Shown here one piece after another: positions 1 to 10,829 of a stretch of DNA of 64,000 bases. The DNA comes from Antedon mediterranea (taxonomy: Eukaryota > Animalia > Echinodermata), in contig NC_092672.1 in NCBI RefSeq assembly GCF_964355755.1, forward strand, positions 27,286,437 through 27,350,436, in the 5' to 3' direction. The stretch's first letter is position 1; the number at the start of each line of letters is the position of its first letter. The notes beneath the pieces were generated by a model. It ran no database searches and was not told the DNA's origin. It was given only the letters and a program-made list of their open reading frames with translations. The translations under genes were made by a program, and so were the position numbers.

Positions 1-400
1 TTCTATCGAGTCAAAGGCCTTCTGGTAATCTATGAATTCAAGACAGACGTTCAGTTGATATTCATTTGACTTTTCAATTAGTTGGTTTACTGCTTGCAGA
101 TGGTCTATAGTTGAATAGCCCCCTCTGAAGCCTGCTTGTTTCCTGGGCTGGTTTTGGTCCAAGATATATTTCAATCGGTTTTGGATTACTTTGGTGAATA
201 TTGTGTAAACATGTGACAGAAGGCTGATTGGTCGGTAGTTTTTGATGTCTGCTTTGTCCTCCTTTTTGTGGAGTAGTATGACTTTCGCTTCTTTCCAGCT
301 TTGTGTTATTTTCTTGGATTGCAGAATCTGGTTAAAAAGTTTGGTAAGTTGGATTACTGCTTCATTACCTCCTGCTTTAATTATGTCCCTTGTTAATTCA
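1..400 (-). mobile_element. Non-LTR retrotransposon reverse transcriptase fragment (RTE-like), truncated by the window edge
   Basis: Minus-strand translation gives NYRPISLLSHVY..QNRL..QAGFRGGYSTIDHLQ..FIDYQKAFDSIE, the standard LINE RT motifs. Confidence 0.85.
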
Positions 401-515
401 TCAATAACCTTTCTGAAATCAAGATTGACTAGAACAATGGTCGAGGAATTTGAAAAGAGATATATTTTTTTAAACTACTCGTATCAAAAAACCTGTACAT
501 TAAATCAAATTATGT

Positions 516-1232
516 TTTTAGTCGCGTGGACGCGACTCTATAGTTCACTATGTCGGTCGGTCGGTCTGTCGGTCTGTCCTGTCGGTCTGTCGGTCTGTCT
601 GTCGGTCTGTCTGTCGGTCCGGTATCACTATGCGTTTTATCGCTTTTCTTTACTTTTTGAACTGTTTTGATGTCAACATGTGGGCATTTACGTGAAATTG
701 TGCACCTCCTATTGTGAATGACGTTAGAGTTGCGCAACGTGATTTACGCGCGATTTAACGATTTTCTCCTATTTAACATAGGTCAACAGTTTAATTTATA
801 TCAGGCGCTAACATTCTGTTGAAAAAAAAAATGTGTTTTACACAAAGTTACGCGCGCACGCGCATTTAAAATTTTAAAATGCGCAAAATTAATTTTTAAT
901 CAACTTTCTACGCGTTTCTTGTCATTTTGAGCATGTCAAAAATTCCCATACGCGCGCAAATGTTTACGCGCGCGGTGCGCACATAGCGTTAAATACATAC
1001 TTTTTTCGCGTGATTTATGTTTTTGCAGCCTTTTCTAATAATTTTACCAACTTTTTAACCATTTTGACTTAAATATACGTCATACGAGCACGTCGAATTG
1101 GATAATTTGCGCACGTTTTTTATGAAAAAGTTCAAAAATTCGTCAAAATTATGCCTTTTACTCTATAGTTCACTATGTCGGTCCGGTATCACTATGCATT
1201 GTAGCACGCGACTTAATGGTTGTTGGCCTTGT
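516..1232 (+). mobile_element. Helentron/DINE-1-like non-autonomous element (family A)
   Basis: Starts TTTTTAGTCGCGTGGACGCGACT (sub-terminal inverted repeat/hairpin), has a (GTCG/GTCT)n tract, and ends GCACGCGACTTAATGGTTGTTGGCCTTGTT. The same ends occur in reverse orientation at 4805-5610, with partial relatives at about 2650-2750 and 39945-40025. Confidence 0.7.
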
Positions 1233-2809
1233 TAAATTACAAATCACAAACTATAACTCTTGTCTCTTTTTGAAAAAATAAGTTTTTTGGACAATGGTCT
1301 CCTATATTTTAACACCAGCAGTTCTGAAAATAATAATAATTTTTTATATTTGTGAAGTTATTAATAAACCGATTTACTTGAATAGGCATGGTCTGTAAGT
1401 ACATACAGTACCTTTCTATACCTTAACTTCTAAAACTGTCTTGTATTATAATGTATCATTGTTTGGTTGCGTCTGTAAGTTAATTCCTATTTGTTAAACA
1501 TTTATAGGTACTTAATTTACAGTACTGTATCCAATTTGTGTTTTTTTTTAGGCAACAAAAAGGAAGAAGATGATGGGGCATTTGGTCTTAACAATAGTTC
1601 AAATAATAAACATGGGCTGATCCAAGATGTTAAGAAAAAGAGGGTTTCTATAATTTTTTCACCTTTCAAAAAGTTCCGTCAGAGTAAGAGTAGAAAACCC
1701 CCTTCTTATGATAAAGGTAAGAAAAGAACAATTAATGATAATAAAATAATCTGAATGCTAATAATTTTAAATTTATTAGTCAACCATCATATTCAAGAAT
1801 TCAGTAACTTTGAAATATTCATTGTTATCTGTTAAAACGTTTTCAAATCATATGCACCTTCAACAACTAAAAATGGCCAACGTTCCAATTCCACAAACGT
1901 TCTTTCTCTGATAATCACTCTAACTTAGATATAATTGGTTTTCTTTACCAAAAATCCAGTCAGGCCAACATCAACTCCTGTTGACGACAACCAGGATATG
2001 TATATACAGTTTATTCATTTGATTACAATCTTTCAGGCTGCCCAAGACACACACAACAACAACAAGTTATTTGGAAAACATACTTGGGTTGTGTTCCAAT
2101 ATAAAATTTATTTCTATATGGTTAGCTGTTTTGCAAATGAAAAGTTCGATTCAAAAATTTTCACAATTTATATTAGAAATTATGACCTTCTCACGTCAAA
2201 GAAACTAGTTTTTAACTATGCATTTATTGTTATTATTTTGATTACTGACTATTTTAAGAAGAGTAATATGTATGTATGGTATCGCCATATTTGGTCATCT
2301 GTGCGATCTCTGCTATCAGGCAAAAGATCTGGTTATCTCCGATGCTATCCTTAGAGGTTTCTACATGAATACACTGAATTGATGAAGTATTTTGTGACAC
2401 CAACCAACTTCATCACCTAGCTACAAATTCACATGATCAATCAAGTCTTGTGCGTGCCATTACATACGTAATAAACTTGGTTTGCACATGTTTGTAAAGT
2501 ATGTCTAATATATACCACTATTATACCACATTAGACACCCAAAATAAACGCAAGAGAAACACACAAGTGTCTCTCGAGCACTAGTTCACTTTAACTAGAG
2601 ACTCATGAGAGATACAATTCTCATCAATCCACCGGAGTTTTGCAATTAAACAAGGCCATATACATGGCTGCAGTCGCGTGCTCAAGTTAGTGTTTACCGA
2701 ACGACCAACCGACCGACCGACCAATCGACCAACCGACCGACATAGTAAGCTGTAGCTTATATAGTTACTATAACTTATATAGTGCTTATTAAGTCCCTGA
2801 ATGGATTGA

Positions 2810-2882
2810 TAAAAGCAATTAAACTCCGAGAGTGCATACCTCCGCCTACTGTAACATTTTTCTACATAAGATTTCTCCAGGA

Positions 2883-2937
<55 letters not shown>

Positions 2938-3510
2938 GTCTCTTAATGCTGTTTGTGATTTAGGCTAATTTCACTACAAGCATGTGTATGCGAGTTTGGT
3001 GTAATGGTTATGTAACAAGCCTTTCAATTAGCAATAGCTTCAGTTGACTAACAATAGAACAGCAACGCGAAAATCAAACGAGTGAATTTAAAAAGAAATA
3101 GGTTTACTCGCATCAAAAATTACAAATCACAAATTATAACTCTTGCCTCTTGTACAAAAATCAAGTTTTTTGGACAATTAGTTCTCCAGAAAATGCAATT
3201 TCAGTTTACTTGTTACTATAAAACTGCTCGCCGGCTTTTGAAAAATTCTGTCCTATTTTTTAACACTTGCAGGTCTGAAAAGTATACTAAAAAGTGGTCC
3301 AGAATTGGGACCATGGTCCCAAATGGTCCCATTAATGGAATGGTCCTTGACCACATATCTATCTGTATATTCATTTTGGTAAAGATCTTGTAATTACTTT
3401 TTGAGTAATCCTCAACAAACAAACAGACAAACAAACAAACAAACAAACAAACAGACAAACAAACAAACAAACACATGCGACCGATTACATACCTCCTTGG
3501 CGGAGGTAAA
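2810..3510 (-). mobile_element. Helentron/DINE-like element (family B) with (TA)n and (AAAC)n tracts
   Basis: CATACCTCCGCC near 2836 and TACCTCCTTGGCGGAGGTAA hairpin end at about 3490-3510. A related end occurs at about 59540-59575. Confidence 0.5.
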
Positions 3511-4804
3511 TAAATGTTCGGCTACTTAGGGGCCAATTTAACCCTAAACATCACTGATACCTTTCAAATTTCGTTCTCGGTGTCTTCTTGGTGCAGAGCG
3601 AAATGCATTCAGGATGTTTTGAACTACCGATACGTTTGATTTTTTAATTGACACCACGTTTAGTTTGCGTGCCGGTGTGCAAACTCCAAAGTTTTGCTGC
3701 CGATTAAAAAAGGGTTTACTGTGTATGATTTCAACAAAATTTATTCTTTACTTTTTGTTTATGTGTTTGGTCGTTTTCTTCTGTTTAAGAACAGATATAT
3801 ATATATATATATATATTTAATTGATCTAATTGATAAATAGCTGACGTTTGCTCAAAATGTTGTTTTTGTTTCAATTGTTAATTATAGAAAAGATAGAAGT
3901 GTATCTAATCGGTAGACAAGAGACATTCCTTAAAAATGCTAAAAGTTTTACACCAGCAACACTGAATACAAGATACGAAGTCGACATTTCTGAACTATTT
4001 ACAGAGTTGGACCTACTTAAAGAAATGGAAGGAAGAAGGAGAGTCAGCCAACGACGTTGAAAGATATATTAGCGATTATCAAATCAAAACCTGCTTGTAA
4101 AGTCCTTATAGATGGTGAAGGTGGTATAGGTAAAACGACACTATTAAGGTACATAGCATACAATACAGCCACCGATAAATCGTTTGATGTATTTAAAGGT
4201 AAACTTGTCTTTATGTTCAATGTAAGAGATTTAGAGAAGGGTCAAACAATTTTAGAACTCATTGTAAATCAGCTTGACATGAAACATTTTAGGTTGAAGA
4301 CAAAACTTGGAGAAGATCCAACAATAATAGAAGAATTCATAATAAATCATGATGATAAAATTGTGTTGTTGTTAGACGGACTAGATGAGTTAAGATTTAA
4401 GAACAAAAGTCTCATTGAACTGTTCAGAAATGAACAATTAAAGAATAGTACAGCAATAATAACATCGCGAACAGAGAATATAGATGAATTCAGAAATGCA
4501 TGTGATGTACACGTAAGAGTGAATGGATTTAAGAAGATGAACATAGGAAAGTATATTGACAAACACTTCGAGTATTTTGGAAAACCTGACTTGGGAGAAT
4601 CACTTAAAGTCAAGCTAGGTATTAGATATTATGACAGTGATTATATTGATAATTTGTCACATCAAGAAATACATTCAATGTGCAAAAATCCAATGTTACT
4701 TCTCACAATTTGTATTATGTGGGAAGATAAACAAAAACTTCCTAACGATACATCTAATCTTTTTAAAGAAATCTTTCGAACTGTTTTGAATCAGAACATT
4801 GGAA

Positions 4805-5610
4805 AACAAGGCCAACAGCCATTAAGTCGCGTGCTACAATGCATAGTGATACCGGACCGACAGACAAACAGACCGACAGACAGACGGACCGACCGACATA
4901 GTGAACTATACTGACCGAAATTACTGAACATGTTTAAAAATGTTGACATGTTTAAAAACATTTATATTTTGTTAATTTACAGGTGCGTAGCCTGTCACTT
5001 TTGACGTGCTCGTATAACGTAATTGCGAGTTGAAAAGTAAGTCAAGAAAACAGAAATCGGGCAAGAAGAGTGCGCAATAACATTTAACTCGCAGTGCGCG
5101 CGCAAAAATCTGCGCACTCATGGCAATTTTGTAAACGCTTAAAATTGCCTGAAACGTACTCTTATTTCATCGAAAATAAATTTTGAAAATTTTTAGCGCG
5201 CTTACGCATGCGTTACATGCGCTACGCACGTAATTGTATTGCCATATGATGATTTATGCCCTGAAATTTATGAGTACCAAATTTTATTTAATTGTGATTC
5301 ATGGTTGTTAAGATATGATTACAAACGTTATTTCGTTAAATCGTGCGTAGACCGCGTAATTTTTTATTGCGCACCGTGAAAACATAACCACATCGATTCC
5401 TGGCCATAAGGAATATTCTGTGAAAAATTGACTTAGCTAGATTAAACTGATATCAAGATAAGGTCATAAAGCGATAAAACGCATAGTGATACCGGACCGA
5501 CAGACAGACAGACAGACAGACAGACCGACAGACAGACCGACAGACAGACAGACAGACAGACCGACCGACCGACATAGTGAACTATAGAGTCGCTTCCACG
5601 CGACTAAAAA
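4805..5610 (-). mobile_element. Helentron/DINE-1-like element (family A) inserted into the NACHT exon
   Basis: Ends are the reverse complement of 516-1232. Removing it joins ..NQNIGK to QNKCLSKFEEAP. Confidence 0.75.
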
Positions 5611-7707
5611 CAAAACAAATGTCTTTCTAAATTTGAGGAAGCTCCGGTAGAGTACGAAATGCTATGATATTATTGGGGAAATGCATGTATGATGGCCTAA
5701 AAATAAATCAACTTTCAATTAACAAAAAACAATTGAAAGCTGACAAACAAATCGTTAATATGTCTTTAAAACTCGGTTTCGTTTATGAAGATAAACCAAT
5801 TTCAAAATCTAGTTTCGATCAGTATTACATAGCCCCACATAAGTTGATATTTGAGTCATTGGTGGGATTTTATTTATACAAACTGTGTGACTGTGAAAGT
5901 AGAAAAAAGGAATGTACAGTTGATGAAAACCAACTACTTGCGCCATTGGACGAAACAGAATGGAAAGAAATAAGAGAAAATGAGAATTTTAAAATGGCAA
6001 GGCAGTTTTTAATTGGGTTCCTTAAGGCTGATGCTGGTAATTTCCTGAAGCATTGGTTTACAAATGAATTATCAGCATACCGATCTTTGAGTAGTAACTT
6101 GGAAATTGTTAAACAGCACCATAGAGATACTGTGGAAACAACATTGATTAATCACATGTTTAATACAACTTCAGAAATAAAACATCATTTGGAAGATGTT
6201 TCAAATTCATTGAAAATGTTTATTCAGCATGTTACACGAGATGACAACATTTATGGACATTTTATACATATTTTAAGGAAGTTTCAAACCATATCTTATT
6301 CGAGAAATGATTTTCGCACATTTTATAATTCAATATCATCCGATTGTAAGGGAAAGATTCTTGCACACATTGTATGTATTTCAACTTGGTATAGCCCAGG
6401 CAAGCTTAAATATAATGACCTTGACATGCATGATTTTAATCTATCAGGTGTTGTAATGAATGCTATGATGACAGAGTGTTGTAAAAGAGGTGGCCATTTG
6501 AGATTAAAACACCTAAATATCAGTGGTAACAATGTTGGTGACATTAATGGTATTTTACTGGGATCTCTATTAAGTATGATTACTTTGCTGCATATTGATA
6601 TGCATGATTGTAATTTATCAGGTGGTGTAATGAATGCTATGATAAGAGAGTGTGATAAAAGAAAGGTTGAGATGACATTAAGTGATCTCAATATCAGTGG
6701 TAATAATCTTAGTGATATTGATGGTACTTTACTGGGTTCTTTATTGAGTAGGATTACTTTGCTGCATATATACTTGACATGCATGATTAAAATCTATCGG
6801 GTAGCGTAATGAATGCATTTACCAGAGAGTGTTCTTATAGAATGATTGAGCTAAGATTAAATACACTTAATGTCAGTGGTAATACCCTTAGCGATACTGA
6901 TGGTACGTTACTGGGTTCTTTGTTGAGTATGATTAAAGAATCATATTATCATGCAGGTGAGCTTAAACTTGACATGCATGATTGTGATCTATCAGGTGGT
7001 GTAATAAATGCTATGATTAGAGAGTGTTCTATTAGAGGAGTTGAGTAAATAATAACTAACTTCAACATCAGCAGTAATAATCTTAGTGACATTGATGTTA
7101 GTTTACTGTTTCCTTTATTGAATATGATTAAGGAATCATATAATTATACAGGTGAGCGTACACTTGATATGCATGATTGCAATTTGTCAGATGGTGTAAT
7201 AAATGCTATGTTTAACGAGTGTTCTAATAGAGGAATTAAGTTGAAGTTAACTCAACCTTAATATCGTCTAATTTAAAGTTAGTCCTGCCAACATGAAACT
7301 AATTTGCATATTATTTTTAGACCAAATTTTCATGTCGGAATGTGTCGAAACTAGGCTATCACCTAGCCTGTTTCGGCCCATGTGTTTAGGATATTTAAAC
7401 GGCCCACTTTTAAGCGCAGTTTGTCAATATACATTATTGCGATGTTTATCAAGTTTTACTTATAAAAAGTAAAAAATTATATATTATATGCGGATATTTA
7501 TTTATTTGTAAAAATCTACCAATCATAGCCCAACTTAAGCCTAGCCTACTACGTGCAGTATCACTTCAGCGAAACGCACAACCAGTTAATTTATGAGGCT
7601 CAAGTTTACTCAAAGCATTATTACAATTGCCGAGAACCTTCGTGTACAATTATTTAAGCGAACGAAGTGCACGCTCTAGTATTTTTAATTAGTAGAACGA
7701 CACTAAT

Positions 7708-7785
<78 letters not shown>

Positions 7786-7891
7786 AATCAGGCAAAGAAC
7801 ATTAATTCTAAACCGCCCGGTGATATACTGAAATTTAATTAATTAATTTGAAACGATAAAGATGAGGAAATCCGTGAGAATGAGAAAAAGT

Positions 7892-7963
7892 CGCCCCAAC
7901 CGAGACTCGAACTCGGACCGCCTGCTTGATATGCAGATGTCCTAACCATTAGACCACTGGGGC
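7892..7963 (-). tRNA. tRNA-like gene, anticodon ATC (Asp-type), copy 1; tRNA, pseudo-tRNA or SINE head
   Basis: GCCCCAG TGGTCTAATGGTTAGGAC A TCTGC ATATCAA GCAGG CGGT CCGAG TTCGAGT CTCGG TTGGGGC G folds as a 72-nt cloverleaf with A and B boxes. It is followed by ACTTTTT. Confidence 0.6.
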
Positions 7964-8253
7964 TTTCATGGTATTGTTCGAACTCGATTGGATAGCGACT
8001 CTTTAACATTCTCGGCGTGGTACGGCGGAACAGCACTAGTCCTCAGTTGTACGCACGCGCACCAGAGATCAAATTGATACGCCCTCATCTTACAGTATTT
8101 TTATTCACGAGGCGGGATCTCCGAAGAGATACTTTTATATATAAACAAATCAGGCAAAGAACATTAATTCTAAACCGCCCGGTGATATACTGAAATTTAA
8201 TTAATTAATTTGAAACGATAAAGATGAGGAAATCTGTGAGAATGAGAAAAAGT

Positions 8254-8325
8254 CGCCCCAACCGAGACTCGAACTCGGACCGCCTGCTTGATATGCAGAT
8301 GTCCTAACCATTAGACCACTGGGGC
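8254..8325 (-). tRNA. tRNA-like gene (ATC), copy 2
   Basis: Same 72-nt sequence as copy 1. Confidence 0.6.
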
Positions 8326-8615
8326 TTTCATGGTATTGTTCGAACTCGATTGGATAGCGACTCTTTAACATTCTCGGCGTGGTACGGTGGAACATCACTA
8401 GTCCTCAGTTGTACGCACGCGCACCAGAGATCAAATTGATACGCCCTCATCTTACAGTATTTTTATTCACGAGGTGGGATCTCCGAAGAGATACTTTTAT
8501 ATATAAACAAATCAGGCAAAGAACATTAATTCTAAACCGCCCGGTGATATACTGAAATTTAATTAATTAATTTGAAACGATAAAGATGAGGAAATCTGTG
8601 AGAATGAGAAAAAGT

Positions 8616-8687
8616 CGCCCCAACCGAGACTCGAACTCGGACCGCCTGCTTGATATGCAGATGTCCTAACCATTAGACCACTGGGGC
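8616..8687 (-). tRNA. tRNA-like gene (ATC), copy 3
   Basis: Same 72-nt sequence as copy 1. Confidence 0.6.
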
Positions 8688-8977
8688 TTTCATGGTATTG
8701 TTCGAACTCGATTGGATAGCGACTCTTTAACATTCTCGGCGTGGTACGGCGGAACAGCACTAGTCCTCAGTTGTACGCACGCGCACCAGAGATCAAATTG
8801 ATACGCCCTCATCTTACAGTACTTTTATTCACGAGGCGGGATCTCCGAAGAGATACTTTTATATATAAACAAATCAGGCAAAGAACATTAATTCTAAACC
8901 GCCCGGTGATATACTGAAATTTAATTAATTAATTTGAAACGATAAAGATGAGGAAATCTGTGAGAATGAGAAAAAGT

Positions 8978-9049
8978 CGCCCCAACCGAGACTCGAACTC
9001 GGACCGCCTGCTTGATATGCAGATGTCCTAACCATTAGACCACTGGGGC
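8978..9049 (-). tRNA. tRNA-like gene (ATC), copy 4
   Basis: Same 72-nt sequence as copy 1. Confidence 0.6.
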
Positions 9050-9411
9050 TTTCATGGTATTGTTCGAACTCGATTGGATAGCGACTCTTTAACATTCTCG
9101 GCGTGGTACGGCGGAACAGCACTAGTCCTCAGTTGTACGCACGCGCACCAGAGATCAAATTGATACGCCCTCATCTTGCAGTATTTTTATTCACGAGGCC
9201 ACTGGGGCTTTCATGGTATTGTTCGAACTCGATTGGATAGCGACTCTTTAACATTCTCGGCGTGGTACGGCGGAACAACACTAGTCCTCAGTTGTACGCA
9301 CGCGCACCAGAGATCTCTGGTGCGCGTGCATATCAAGCAGGCGGTCCGAGTTCGAGTCTCGGTTGGGGCGACTTTTTCTCATTCTCACAGATTTCTTCAT
9401 CTTTATCGTTT

Positions 9412-9472
<61 letters not shown>

Positions 9473-9859
9473 GTATTAATCAGTTTACTTAAATAAACTG
9501 TGACACATGCAATGTTATTATTTTTAATAACTTTTGTAAACGTATTACTCTATATCTTTAAGCCTATATTTTTCTGATTATTAAATTAAATTTTTTTTGT
9601 AAGTAACAGTAAAACGACATTGTACAACAATAACTATCCGGATGTCCATATTAAACGTCTCATAAAGTAACAATAAAACGACATCATAGAGCATAGGTAT
9701 CTGAATTTTTCAATTAATAAACTTTTGATAAAGTAACAGTGAAATATTTATTTGTTAATTGTATAATTTTAAGAAAACCTTTTAATTGATTCTCTAAACT
9801 TTAAAGAAAACGTCTTGGTTACAATTTAAAAATTATACATAAAATACTGTCTATAATTA

Positions 9860-9940
9860 ATTTGCCGATGGAGCGTAAAGCGCTTAGAGGTTTCACAACA
9901 TTAGGCGCTATATAAACCCAGGATATTATTATTTTTATTA
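9860..9940 (+). mobile_element. L2/CR1-type LINE or SINE 3' tail remnant
   Basis: GTAAAGCGCTTAGAG..GGCGCTATATAAA..TATTATTATT resembles the L2-clade 3' stem-loop and tail. Confidence 0.5.
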
Positions 9941-10829
9941 AATGGTGAGAAATTGAAGATAAATATTCTTTGTTGTTTATTGTAAATTTCTGGAGGAAAA
10001 TTCTCAGTAGTTTAATTTAATTATACTATATATTTAAACATCTCAGGCTATTTATAAAACAAGAATGAACAAGTAAGTTTCAACTATGCATGATGCTATA
10101 GTTTTAGAATAAAGACATAACTGTTTATATCAGCGTAAATAGAGGTTGTTCAATACATGATCCGACACTGTCTTCTACCGTAATACCTAAAAGTACCCTG
10201 TCTTGAAAAGACACCTCCCTCACGAAACCCCGCCCCAACCAAACTTCTTAGATTGCAAAAGTAACATCGAAATTAAACCTTGGCTTAAGTTTAACATAAT
10301 GAAAAATGAGAGCTTCATTCATTTTTTTAAAGTTTTAATAATTAAATTACTCATGAGTATAATTATATAAAAACAAATTTAAAAACTAGATTAAGAACCT
10401 AAACTTGTTTACCAACACAAAACATTATGTTCCTATTTATTTTAAACAGTTAGCAATTATTATGTAATTATTTATTTTGTTTGTGTTTTTTTTTATATTG
10501 CTCTACATTTACATGTCATTGTAATTTGTATATACTTTTTCTGGTAAACAAATAAACTTGTACTTGAAACTTAGTCAAATATAATCGTCCACCTACATTG
10601 CCTTCAGGCGATAATATAGCAACATGAGAAATAATTAAAAATAAAACTTCAACACAACACAACCATTTATTTCTTAAGGACCAAGTAAATGTCTGAGTAT
10701 ATCTTAAATGAAACATGCAAAGCCTTGTCTGAAAGACATATCCACGGCGGCGCTCTCCACTGAGTGAATATCGTGAGTATAAAACATACACTTTCTGCGT
10801 AGTACTGACGTGTCATATTGACTTGTTAG

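Larger units (their letters stand above)
1552..7260 (+). pseudogene. NACHT-LRR (NLR-type) gene, disrupted. Probable exons 1552-1716 and about 3888-7260.
   Basis: Walker A GEGGIGKT and Walker B LLLDGLDE lie in ORF 4057-4914, and the KNPMLL motif is present. LRR units (LDMHDCNLSG / LNISGNNLSD) span 6420-7260. Lesions: frameshifts at about 4020, 5658 and 6770, stops at about 6788 and 7046, and an 800-bp insertion at 4805-5610. Confidence 0.8.
7785..9412. repeat. Tandem array of a 362-bp unit (about 4 copies plus a rearranged partial copy) between two (TA)n tracts
   Basis: Near-identical units offset by exactly 362 bp. (TA)n lies at about 7713-7782 and 9414-9468. Confidence 0.95.

Noticed and set aside
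7839-9496. Repeated 65-aa ORFs as a peptide gene family
   Set aside because: They are by-products of the 362-bp tRNA-like unit; no coding evidence.
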